From: Octopus bimaculoides
Taxonomy: Eukaryota
Assembly: GCF_001194135.2 (NCBI RefSeq)
Contig: NC_068990.1
Location: 65,319,191-65,383,190, forward strand
DNA length: 64,000 bases
Reading direction: 5' to 3'
Shown here: positions 51,628-64,000 of the stretch, piece by piece
Position numbering within the stretch: the stretch's first letter is position 1
Layout: every line of letters begins with the position of its first letter
The notes under the pieces: model-generated
What the model saw: only the letters and a program-made list of their open reading frames with translations
Told to the model about the DNA's origin: nothing
Database searches by the model: none
Position numbers and translations under genes: made by a program

Positions 51628-53022
51628 TTTACATCTGTTTTCCTTGCTGGTATGGGTTGGGTGGCTTGACAGAAACTGGCAAGGTCAGGGGCTACACTAG
51701 CTACCATAGCCTGTTTTGGTTTGGTTTTATGGCTAGATGCCCCTCCTAATGCCAACCACTCCACAAAGTGTACTGGATGCTTTTTACATGGCACTATCAC
51801 CAGTGCCTTTTATGTGGCACCAGCACCCACACCAGTGCTTTTTACATGACACCTTTATTTTAAGATATCAATTCTGTTGTGGTGGGCAGATCTTCTCGAA
51901 TACAACAATGCACAACATATCTTGGTCTTCTGTCATCTTTATAAGGTTCAGCGTTTTGGAATCAGCCTTCAGTACTTTGTCCCATGTCTCCCTAGGTCTT
52001 CTCTTCCACAAATTTCATTCACTTTAAGTGATTGGCACTCCTTTATGCAACTGTCCTCATCCATCCACATCACATGACCTAACCAGTATAGTCTCCTCTC
52101 TTGCACATTACATCTAATTCCTCTTATGCCCAATTTCTCATTCAATATGCCAATGCTCTGCCACACATACATGTCTTCTTTCCTCCCTGAGGAAAAGGGA
52201 TACATATGACAATATATATGACCATGTCTAGCCATGAGATGTCAACTCACTCTTGTCCTTTATTCAAAACAGACAGTCTTCTAGTCTTAGATTTAGTAGT
52301 TGATAAAGAAATAAATGAATTAGAAACGAATTACAATCCTCTACAAGCTATGACCTCAATGGGCTTCCTGCGATTCTTGGAAGTGTAGTCTATTCTTAGC
52401 TATGATGGTGACAACAGGAATTTCTTCCATCTTGTTGCTCTGTTAAAGTATTTGAGAAAAATTATATTAATGTGTCTGACTGGTTAAAATTTTATTTATT
52501 TATTTGTGCAGGTGGTGATGGCACTGCAATTAAATTGATCTAATGATTGCATTATTCAATTAAATGGAGCCCCTTGAAACGGTCGTACTGCATCACTTCT
52601 TGATATCCTGTTGCTTATTTTGATTTTATTTGAGCTGTACGGATAATACCGGACTGACTTGGTGCTTCAACTTAAGTACCTAATTCAACTGAATCTCAGT
52701 TATTTCTTATATATAAGTACATATATTTATGTGTGTGTGTCTTTGTGTCTGTGTTTGTCCTCCCACCATCATTTGACAACCGATGTTGGTGTGTTTACGT
52801 CCCTGTAACGTAGTGGTTTAGCCAAAGAGACTGAGAGAATAAGTACTACGCTTACAAAGAATAAGTACTGGGTTGATTTCTTTGACTAAAAACCTTTAAG
52901 GTGGTGCTCCAGCATGGCCACAGTCAAATGACTGAAACGTGTAAAAGAATAAGAGAATAAAAGAATACATACATATACACATACACTACATACACTACAT
53001 GCACACACACACACACACGCAC

Positions 53023-53073
<51 letters not shown>

Positions 53074-53840
53074 CATTCGTTTTTACATCTTTTTACCCAT
53101 GCTAGTACGGATTATATGAATATATTATTGAGGCATTGTTTTACAGCTAGATGCCCTTTCCCTTTACCTATTTTCGAAGTTAGGGATCTCTTATTTCACA
53201 TATTTTCAAAGGTGCAAAGCCACTGGAAAATTTCATACAGGAAAAATGACAATATCAGTATTTTGTGGTTCATGAATTTTTGAGAAGTGCAAACATTTCA
53301 AACAAGCACACACATGTGCATGCACACCCCACCACACACGCACACGCGCACACACACGCACACGCGCACACACACGCACAGAACACACAAAAATACATAT
53401 ACACATGCATGTGTAAGTATGCGTATGTGTGTGTATGTGTATGCGTGTGTGTATGTGTATGAGTGTGTATGTGTATGTGTATGTGTGTGTATGTGTATGT
53501 GTGTGTGTGCATGCATTGACTGTGGTAAGAAGTTTGCTTCCCAACCACATGGTTCCAGGTTCAGTCCCACTATGTGGCACCTTAGGAAAGTGTCTTCTAT
53601 TATACCCCTGGGTCGACGAAAGCCTTGTGAATGGATTTAGCTGATGACAACTGAAAGAAGCCTGTTGTATGTATTTATATATATGTATATATGTNNNNNN
53701 NNNNNNNNNNNNNNNNNNNNNNNNNNNNNNNNNNNNNNNNNNNNNNNNNNNNNNNNNNNNNNNNNNNNNNNNNNNNNNNNNNNNNNNNNNNNNNNNNNNN
53801 NNNNNNNNNNNNNNNNNNNNNNNNNNNNNNNNNNNNNNNN

Positions 53841-54231
53841 AAACGACTACACGTGTTTCATAACCAAGTTTTCAAAAGCGAGAGATTTGTTAAGATAAGA
53901 TTTGCATTTAATATTTCTGTTAGTTTATATTCTAATAAACATAAAGTTAAGAATGTCACGTTTATAATTTTCGATAAGATTAGTATTACATTTCTTTTTA
54001 ATAATATTGTTTAACATTTTTCTATATTGATATAATAAGTATTTTTATATACATTCATTTGTTATTTATTGTTGGTTGATATATATATTCATTTTATTAT
54101 TATTGTTGTTGTATTTTGACCTGAAGATTAGCTATATTTTGGAATAGAATTGATTTTCGATCGATTTAATCCATTTGATTGTATTTTATTTTCTGTTTGA
54201 AAACTTGGTTATGAAACACGTGTAGTTGTTT
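53841..54231 (+). mobile_element. Penelope-type repeat remnant with a hammerhead core and an inverted partial copy
   Basis: 36-bp inverted repeat (53841-53876 vs 54196-54231, 35/36). TGAC-CTGAAGA ... T-GAA-ACACGTGT-A-GTTG at 54117-54228. Confidence 0.55.
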
Positions 54232-54758
54232 TATTATTATTGTTTTGTGATTTTTACTTTTCATTTTGTTATACTTATTTATCATGTATTTGCTTATTAA
54301 TTTTTTTCTATATGTGACTGTGGATTTTCATGGATGAGTTCATGAACTTTGGTTCTTTTCTCTAAATTATATATTTTTCCTCCCCTCCTTCTCCTTCTCA
54401 CTATCATTATACATATCCACCCTCTTGATTCCCTCGCTGCCACATAATATCTTTGGACTCATCTCACATATGCACTTTTAATTTTTTCTTTTTTATTTCC
54501 TCCTTGTACTTTCCTAACAACAAGGCCTAATTCAATGTAATAGCATGACTTTGATGCAAGTCTAAAGAAGTGCCTCTCCAATGCCTAAAACTGCAAATAT
54601 TACGTAATTTTTTCTTTAAGAACTTTTGTGTGAGCTGGCATTGCAAATAGAGATGGTATGGAAACATTTGTAACTTGTAATTAAAGATGTTAAAGCATTT
54701 TCTTTGTCTTCTTCTTTTCATTGGATATATATATATATATATATATATATATCATCAT

Positions 54759-54798
<40 letters not shown>

Positions 54799-55730
54799 AT
54801 ATATATATACACGTTTTATATATACATACATTTACGCTTTTGTGAGCATGAGTGTGCATGTATGCATGTGTGTGTGTGTGTGTGTGTGTGTGTGAGTCTT
54901 TCTGTCTGTTTGTCTCCCACCACCAGTTTACAACTAGTGTTGGTGTATTTACATCCCGTAGTTTGGCAAAAGAGATTGATAGAATAAGTTCTAGACTTAA
55001 AGAAATGAAAATATTTGGGTCAATTCATTTCACTAAATTCCTTCAAGGTGGTGCCCCAGTATGGCCACAGTCTACTGAATGCAGTCTAATGAAACAAGTA
55101 AAAATTAGGGATAAACGATATAATGAAAAAAAAACAAACAAGTATGAACTTGGTATTCCTGTATTTCATCTGTTACATATACTTCTGTATTTTGTAACTG
55201 ATTAACTATTTGGTAATTAATTAATGATGTCACATTATAAATGTAATTCATACATGCAACACATAAGCACAGTATATATATTCATACTGTACAAGTCCTC
55301 AGACTGAGTCGAAATACAGAGATTGCACATGCAACCATCTTATATAAACACCCCAGAGATAGGAGACCGAGGTCAGTGAGAAGGGAGAACAAGGGAAGAA
55401 AGAATGGGATTTAGGTCTTCCATAACAAGTGTGTAATGGTATAGATAACAATGTGGAGTTAGTCCTCAAACAGAACGTGAAGGCATAGGTCAAGTTGTTT
55501 GATCTTACTGGAAGAAAGCCAGACAAGTTGTATGCATAGATATTGTATCTAGATAAGCAGGCTGAGAGGGCATTGTGGAAAGGATTATCAATCACCACGC
55601 TGACATGCATCATCATTGACACACACCAAGCATATATACCCATGTATACACATACATAGACAGAAACCCACATGCATACCTACATATGCATATACATAAA
55701 TATATAGAGAATTTACATGTACATATATAA

Positions 55731-55767
<37 letters not shown>

Positions 55768-55886
55768 TGCATACACACATATGTACACACAGATATACAT
55801 ACACAGGCATGTATAACTATATATACAAATACATTCATTCTATATATACATACATACATACATACATACTTAATACATACATATAT

Positions 55887-55977
<91 letters not shown>

Positions 55978-56192
55978 AGTCCACATACATGAGTATATAC
56001 ACATATACACAATGGTGCATATGTATATACCTGTATGTATAAGCAAACTCAAATACAAACCCAAACACACACAATGAAGCTAATATTTTACACAAATGTG
56101 TGTAGATTCATGCAAATGTACATGAGCAGATATCCAGACATGAATACGCATACACACACACATGAGTGCGCAACGCGCGCGCGCGCACACAC

Positions 56193-56242
<50 letters not shown>

Positions 56243-59029
56243 NNNNNNNNNNNNNNNNNNNNNNNNNNNNNNNNNNNNNNNNNNNNNNNNNNNNNNNNNN
56301 NNNNNNNNNNNNNNNNNNNNNNNNNNNNNNNNNNNNNNNNNNNNNNNNNNNNNNNNNNNNNNNNNNNNNNNNNNNNNNNNNNNNNNNNNNNNNNNNNNNN
56401 NNNNNNNNNNNNNNNNNNNNNNNNNNNNNNNNNNNNNNNNNNNNNNNNNNNNNNNNNNNNNNNNNNNNNNNNNNNNNNNNNNNNNNNNNNNNNNNNNNNN
56501 NNNNNNNNNNNNNNNNNNNNNNNNNNNNNNNNNNNNNNNNNNNNNNNNNNNNNNNNNNNNNNNNNNNNNNNNNNNNNNNNNNNNNNNNNNNNNNNNNNNN
56601 NNNNNNNNNNNNNNNNNNNNNNNNNNNNNNNNNNNNNNNNNNNNNNNNNNNNNNNNNNNNNNNNNNNNNNNNNNNNNNNNNNNNNNNNNNNNNNNNNNNN
56701 NNNNNNNNNNNNNNNNNNNNNNNNNNNNNNNNNNNNNNNNNNNNNNNNNNNNNNNNNNNNNNNNNNNNNNNNNNNNNNNNNNNNNNNNNNNNNNNNNNNN
56801 NNNNNNNNNNNNNNNNNNNNNNNNNNNNNNNNNNNNNNNNNNNNNNNNNNNNNNNNNNNNNNNNNNNNNNNNNNNNNNNNNNNNNNNNNNNNNNNNNNNN
56901 NNNNNNNNNNNNNNNNNNNNNNNNNNNNNNNNNNNNNNNNNNNNNNNNNNNNNNNNNNNNNNNNNNNNNNNNNNNCGAGAAAAAATAATTTCTGGAGATA
57001 TCATTGACTCTATTATTATCTAGTGTAACAATTTAAAAATGATAATATTATAATTAATAATATAGGCGATTGCAGCCCCCTGCTGAAAAGCATTAAATAG
57101 CAGAAGGATTAAAATTAATCAAAGGACACACTAAGTATGTCTATCTGCTGGAAATGACGGTCAAAACTTATTTAAATTGCCAAAATACACTGATGATAAC
57201 TACAGAAATCAACTATCCGAAGGCAAATGGGCTAAGACAAAATTTATATGTATATGTATATACTTATGTGTGTGTGTCTTTGTGTTTATGTTTGTCCCAC
57301 ACCAATGTATGAAAACCAGTGCTGGTGTGTCTGTATCCTTATAACTTAGTGGTTCAGCAAAAGAGGCCAATAGAATAAATACCAGGATTTAAAAAAAGTC
57401 AAATAAGTACTGGGGTTGATTCATTTGACAAAAAATTCTTCAAGTCGGTGCCCCAGCATGGCCACAGTCTTATTAGTAAAACATGTAAAAGATATAAGGT
57501 AAAAAATGCCTGGATCCAGTAAGGATTTCAGTATTGTTGATGGTGGTTGTTGTGCCTTTCAATAGATGAGCGTGGTTGCAGGTGGGTGCTGTTGACAGTG
57601 GCAGGGAGAGGCTGTTGTAGTAGCAGCAACATCTAAGGTTTCCATATGTGAAGTATGCCCCTCCCCTCTCTCTCTCTCTATGTATGTGTATATAATCATC
57701 ATCATCATCATCACTGTTTAACAGTCATTTTACACACACACACACACACACGCACACACATTCATATACTCTTTTACTCTTTTACTTGTTTCAGTCATTT
57801 GACTGCGGCCATGCTGGAGCACAGTCTTTAGTCGAGCAAATCGACCCCAGGATTTATTTTTTGTAAGCCTAGTAGTTATTCTATCGGTCTCTTTTGCCGA
57901 ACCGGTTGTCAAGCGATGTTGGGGGACAAACACAGGCACACAAACACATACACACNNNNNNNNNNNNNNNNNNNNNNNNNNNNNNNNNNNNNNNNNNNNN
58001 NNNNNNNNNNNNNNNNNNNNNNNNNNNNNNNNNNNNNNNNNNNNNNNNNNNNNNNNNNNNNNNNNNNNNNNNNNNNNNNNNNNNNNNNNNNNNNNNNNNN
58101 NNNNNNNNNNNNNNNNNNNNNNNNNNNNNNNNNNNNNNNNNNNNNNNNNNNNNNNNNNNNNNNNNNNNNNNNNNNNNNNNNNNNNNNNNNNNNNNNNNNN
58201 NNNNNNNNNNNNNNNNNNNNNNNNNNNNNNNNNNNNNNNNNNNNNNNNNNNNNNNNNNNNNNATATATATACACACACATATCTTACCAAAAACTCCCTC
58301 AACTTCCATATTTTCCTTTCCAAATTGTTTTGTGACTCAAGTTCTGATGACTTTGATCACTAGCCTCTGTTGGAAAACAATTGAATCATCAAGGATAATG
58401 ACTGGGATGCAGAGAATATGAGGAAGGACTTAATATTCACAAGCAGTCATCTATTCTACATCCAGGTGGATAAAAAGTTTGTTTGACTAGTAGGTGATCA
58501 TGCCAAAATACACTGATGATAACTATGATGGTAGGTGATCATGAGGTGATGTAACTGATTAGATCATCTGCATCCCCAAAACTTTAAAAGTCTCGATCCT
58601 TTCTAATTCCTCATACAGTATGTATAGCTTCCATATCCATGGAACTAACTATCATGTTGTCACTCAATATGTCCAGCCATGATAATGAGGTCACTACCAT
58701 TCATTATTGAGATAGTCTGCCAAAGGGCCTCAAAGAAAAGATACTTTTCTTTCATTTGTCAGTTTGCATTTTTTAATAGCACGGTCTGTATGCAAAGATC
58801 ATACTGCAGCATGCTCAATTCAGCAATTGTCCTCTTCTCTATGAAATGTTTTAGTTGATATTTTTGACTTGAATAGTTGCAAAATTATCATCAATCTGAA
58901 TAGATCCAATTTACTAGCCAAAGCACGAAGCTGTTGTTTTTATGAAATTCAAACAATCTTTTAACACCATGAAGGCCAACATATCTTTCCATGCTTGATA
59001 GTCTAAGCCAATAAAATCAATATGAAATT

Positions 59030-59830
59030 TAATACATCAAAATTTCAGGTTATTCATTATGGAGGGAATACACACAAATCACAATATTTGACACCAGATA
59101 ACATGATGATTCAGAGTGCTAATGACACACAGTACTTCAGAGTAATGCATCTTTCATTACCAAACTGACTTCTAAATGCAGACATCTCATAGGATGGATC
59201 CTACAGACCTTCATGGCAAGAGAACTGGTAGTTTTATGCTAACTCTATGGAAAACCCTAGTTCTGGGCAGAGCAGATTACTGCTTACAGCTTTGGTTTCC
59301 TAAATCATTTGGTCTCATCAAAGAAATTGAAGGTTTACAAAGAATGCTCATCAGTAAATTACCTTCAGTTAAAAGCCTTAATTACTGGGAATATCTGAAA
59401 GCTTTACATCGCTACTCTCTTGAATGCCATAGAAAGATATATACAATCATATACATATGGAAAATTCTGGAAGGGCATGTTCCAAAACTTTAGCATTACA
59501 GAGAACTTTAATGCACAAGCTAGCAGACACTGTCAGCTTCCAAATATAGCACCTTTAAAATCATGAGCAAAAGCACTATTTACCAATCTGATATTTAAAG
59601 GTCTTCAACTGTTTAACTGCTCACCTAAAGAAATCAGAAATATAAAAGGGACTGCTATTGAAACATTAAAAAATACATTGGATAAACTCTTAACAATGAT
59701 ACCAGACTATCCAACCATTCAAGGATACATTCAGGGAAGGTTGGCTGTGACAAACTCAATCATAGACCAACATTATAAAGTGATAAAACCAATAGAAAAT
59801 AAGTTAAGGCAATGCTCTGGGATGGCTGCA
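59030..59830 (+). mobile_element. CR1/L2-like LINE 3' fragment
   Basis: LWKTLVLGRADYCLQLWFP..IEGLQRMLISKLPSVKSLNYWEYLKALHRYSLE, typical of a CR1-clade RT C-terminus. Confidence 0.8.
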
Positions 59831-60513
59831 GTCCAACAAATGAAAACATTAAAAGAATAAGAGAAAAGTAAAGAATGCCATAGCTGAATCATATCTTGTA
59901 AAAGATTTCCTTAAGATATTGAAAGAAGTTGTCCTTTATACCCATAGGAATGAACAGTTACAGAATATACAGAGAAAATATTGACAAAAATCCCTTTTTG
60001 AATATAAACTTTATAATGCCAAATATTGGGAAACAGAAATCAGCACTGTCAGCATACTGAACAATTCATTACATGGCATGAAGCCAGTTCCATGTTTGGG
60101 TCTAACACCATTAGCATGTCTTCTCCAAAAATGAAAATGAGTGCATATACAATATTCTAAATCACATATAAAATACCAGTATGTATAACAATCATAATGT
60201 ATATATAGTTGTAGTACCGTATAAGTTGTAATAAGCTTAAAAAACAAAAACTTTGCTTAGAATGCCAGTAGATTGCCTCATGCAGTGTTTTAACCTGATT
60301 TGAACTGTACTGGAGTAAATGAATATGCGAGACATTCTAAGCTAAGCCAGACATGTTTGTTCTGATAAAGAAGTCTGCAAACAAAACATTTACTGATTTG
60401 TGCTAAACACGCTAAACTAGAATTAAATTAATATATGCACTCGAAATAGCATTAGATTAAAATATTAGTGTGCATAACATTTATAATGTAAATCAAAGTA
60501 AAGATGTACTTAC

Positions 60514-60717
60514 CAGATATAAATAGGACTTGTTTGAAATCTTTGTATTGGATAATCCTTGAAGTGTTTTTATCCGCAAATTGTATTATTGCATCCCGTT
60601 TATTATCAGGGTCATTATATTCATATTCTAGTATTGAAAATTTTCCATTTTCATCATTTATTTCAACTATTGACTGAAAAGCATTTTTAAAAATATCTCT
60701 GTCAAATATTTGTTTAT
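60514..60717 (-). CDS. Coding exon 2
   Basis: ttgttttcag| ... TCTG|gtaagt; 204 nt, phase 1/1. KQIFDRDIFKNAFQSIVEINDENGKFSILEYEYNDPDNKRDAIIQFADKNTSRIIQYKDFKQVLFIS(D). Overlaps ORF 60452..60727. Confidence 0.9.
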
Positions 60718-61009
60718 CTGAAAACAAATATTAAATGGAACACCTCAGTATAAAGCAAAGGGTTTAGCTTTTAATGCATTAAAAAAATCGATGTGACTAG
60801 GAAAGGAAAATAAAATATAAGGTCTGTGTTGTACTTGATAGAGCACGACTGAATATGGCAGAAAAACAAGAGAACATTTTTATGATAAAAAAACATTCTA
60901 GATAATAATTTACAAGTTGTTTGAAAGTAAGTGAGAAACTACTATATTGAGACAATGTACATAATTAAATGTTTCACAATTCACTTCTGTTACAAATTCC
61001 AAAAAATCT

Positions 61010-61710
61010 TTGGCCTGGCAGTGCTACTGAGGGATATTGCTGGTTTGAAAGTGCTATCAGCTGGGCTTGCCCGAGATGTGTGCAGAGTGACAAAGCTGTT
61101 CTGTACACTCTTGTTCAGTGCCTAAGCATTACTGACTTCTAAGGTTTTGTTGAACACCTGCTAGGATGGATTTGACTCTTAACTGAGTCCCTTGTAAAGA
61201 CTGTCCCACTGCTTTCCTTTGGATGGGAAGGGCAGGCAGTGTTTCTTTGTCTGGTAGCCTTAGCAAAATAGGTTGTGTGGTGGACCAGATTGAAAGGGCT
61301 GAAGATAGATACTTAACTCTTTGGTCAAACCCTCATCGATTTTTCAAGTTTCACTTAAAAAGGAAAGCGAGGGTTGAGAGGGAAATGCTGCCTCCCAGTA
61401 ATTTTGTTAAAAGATGGGTGAATGTTGCAAGAAGGGTCTGAGTGAATGGCCCTACTTTAAGCATGCACCTGTAGGTTGAAGGAGGATGTAGAGAGGGAAC
61501 TTGCCATAGTGGTCAGGGTAAATCTAGTTTTGTGGGATCTCCATGAGCAGCCTCAAGAATTTTCCCGCTTTTAGGGAATTATTCATTGTTATAACTTTAT
61601 ATTGTTAAACTTTTTTACTTTTAATGCCTTTTATGTAACCCTACATTGTATCGTCTTGTACCATCCCCAATGTTTTTTGTGAATCCTTAGTGGTAAAGAA
61701 AGAAGACATT
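61010..61710 (+). mobile_element. Tx1/L1-like LINE 3' fragment
   Basis: cctggcagtgctac..gggatattgc and FFKFHLKRKARVERE..FVKRWVNVARRV are homologous to the 24120-24560 region. Confidence 0.7.
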
Positions 61711-61832
61711 ATTATTTTGCTGACCTTGCTTTGGGTCAATAATATAAATATCAGTTGAACACAGGGGTTGATGTAATCAACTTACTTCATCTCCCAAACT
61801 TTCTGGTCTTGTGCCAAAATATGAAACCATCA

Positions 61833-61927
<95 letters not shown>

Positions 61928-62239
61928 AATGTTGTTGCTGTTGTTGTTGAAAGCAGCAAGCTGGCAGAATTGTTAGCATGCTGGATGGAATGCTTAGCAG
62001 TATTTTGCCATTGCTACGTTCTGAGTTTAAATTCCAACAAGGTCGACTTTGCCTCTTATCCTTTTGGGTCAATAAATTAAATACCAGTTGAGTACTGAGG
62101 TTGATGCAATCGACTTGGCTTCTACCCCCAAATCTCAGGCCTTGTGCCTATAGTAGAAAGGATTGTTATTGTTATAATCTGCATGTTTGTTGCAATCACT
62201 TGTTGAAACACACCTAACACCCTAGGGCAAGTGAAGGAT

Positions 62240-63345
62240 AAGAGATATTACAGTAAAACTGAAAGCTTGGGGAGGGGAAGTGGAAGGGGAAGTTAACTGG
62301 AATCTTACAGAGCTCCAATGCCTGGACAGGAAGGCAAGAAAACTGCTAACATCTAAGAACATCCACCACCCAAAGCAGACGTTGATCATATGTACCTACC
62401 TAGAAGTAATGGGGGAAGAAGAATGATGCAGGTAGAACTGTGCTATAAGACCTCCACAATAGCAATGAACAGGTACTTAACTAGTACAGAGGACTGGATG
62501 CTGTGGTTTGTGTGCAAACAAAAAAGCAGCAAAAGATCACATTCTATTGTCAAGGAAGCTTGCAAATTCACAAGGGCACTTGGCGTTAAGCCTGAGTTAG
62601 CTGAAGAACGTGAAACCACTGCCACAAAACAAGCAAAACGGATCAAGCAGACTGTATAGAAGAACTGGCAGAAACAAATTGAGGAGCAGTGGATCCAGAA
62701 GCCTCTGTATAGACAGTATATACTTCGAAGTTGAAGTGCTTATGTAGACCAAGCAACAACCCATCAGTGGCTGAGAAGTTCAGGACTGAAGGCTTCATAT
62801 TGGCAGCACAAGATCAAAGCTTGCTTACCAGAAACTACTGGGTTAACATTCTTCAAAACAGTTCTGACCCTAAATGCAGATTCTGTGACACATTTGATGA
62901 AAAAAATAGACCATCTCATTTCAGGATGTCCTGTGCTGACACCAAACGAATACAAAACTTTCCACGATAGGGCAGGACAGTATTTACATTGGAAAATCTT
63001 GTAAACACTATAAAATCAGCACTCCTACTTACTGGTATGAACATCATCCTGAGCCAGTCATTGAAGGTGAAAATGTTAATATCCTCTGGGATTTTCCAGT
63101 CAAGACTGACAGAATGATCCAGGATAATCGACCAGACACAATTATTGCAATGATGAGATTGAAACACTGAACCACCTAATCTCTGGGTGTAAAGTTCTAG
63201 TACCTATACAGTATAAATCAAGACACGACAGAGTTGGCCAATATCTACACTGGTTAATATGTCAGCATTATAAAATGAAATCTGCTGACAAATAGTACAA
63301 GCACCACCCTGTAACAATTCTGTGGGACTTTCCAGTACATACAGA
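62240..63345 (+). mobile_element. R4/Dong-like LINE 3' part with a duplicated CCHC/REL segment
   Basis: MYLPRSNGGRRM, TEGFILAAQDQSLLTRNY, CRFCDTFDE..HLISGC, ILWDFPVKTDRMIQDNRPD; then again ETLNHLISGCKVL..HDRVGQYLHW..ILWDFPVHTD. Confidence 0.8.
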
Positions 63346-63692
63346 CCTGTGGTTGGCTTGTGGATATAATAGAAGACACTTGCCCAAGATACCATGTAGT
63401 TGGGAAGCAAGCTTCTTACCACACAGCCATACCAGTGCCTTTTCATTAAAATTTTTGGTGATTTGAATGCTGGCTGTATTTATCATTTTAAGATATGTGA
63501 CGAAGATGAAAACTATTCATAAAATAAGTTAGATTTTATATGTAATTTAATGTCTCTGCCCAATCATTTTAAACATTATTTAGCATTTTCCCAACTGCCA
63601 CAAGCTCCTGTACCAAAACATTTTTCAGAGTAAGTTTTCGGCAAGTTATAACATCCTTATTAGATATCACAAATACATTTAATAAAACTTAC

Positions 63693-63768
63693 CATCATTC
63701 ATGGGCTCAGAAAGTTGTCCCAACACTTGTGTTAAAGTTAAGCAACCAATAAGTATCGTATGAAGCAT
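63693..63768 (-). CDS. Coding exon 1 (signal peptide) of a secreted ependymin-related/LolA-like repeat protein
   Basis: Acceptor ttatcttttcag| at 63788, ATG at 63768, donor GATG|gtaagt. Encodes MLHTILIGCLTLTQVLGQLSEPMND(D), a hydrophobic signal-peptide-like N-terminus. Ends phase 1, matching exon 2. Confidence 0.85.
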
Positions 63769-64000
63769 TTTTATTCCTTTTTCATTTACTGAAAAGATAA
63801 TTTATAACATGAAAATTTCATTTGGCAATAAAATCCAGAATTAATAAATTTACTTGAATAACATCAATTGACTACAGTACAAAGTGCCATGAATGAGCCA
63901 TGCTAGGAACATCATTATGAGAACATATTCAAAATGAGATAATACAAGAATAGAGAGGAATGAGTGATGTGATTGCAGAGTACCAAAAGCACAAGTTCTG

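Noticed and set aside
55299-58421. Many long ORFs rich in HT/CV/IY or X
   Set aside because: These are translations of (CA)/(TA) microsatellites and N gaps.
60011-60247. Minus-strand ORF near exon 2 with an AG acceptor (DMLMVLDPNMELASCH)
   Set aside because: Exons 2 and 3 join in frame without it, the donor is weak and it does not resemble the repeat lobes.

Overview
AT-rich, repeat-dense eukaryotic genomic DNA with assembly gaps. The SINE/RTE/mariner repertoire and (TA)/(CA)/(GAT) microsatellites suggest a cephalopod, probably Octopus (inference). The ORF track is almost all microsatellite noise and transposon debris. The real content is one large minus-strand gene that I assembled by hand from 15 GT-AG coding exons (63768 down to 1450; 1750 nt, 583 codons; every intron phase compatible, no stops). 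It encodes a signal-peptide protein with at least 7 N-glycosylation sequons and repeated lobes resembling the ependymin-related/LolA-like fold. The gene continues past both window edges (5'UTR exon above 64000, C-terminus below 1). Its introns hold RTE, R4/Dong-like, Tx1/L1-like and CR1-like LINE fragments, an internally deleted Ty3/Gypsy, three Tc1/mariner-superfamily elements, MITEs and tRNA-derived SINEs. Less ordinary items are two Penelope-type hammerhead ribozyme candidates, a composite inverted-repeat/direct-repeat element family with a second ORF-less copy, a 300-bp foldback palindrome, a partial exon duplication, an interstitial telomeric tract and a uORF next to the start codon.
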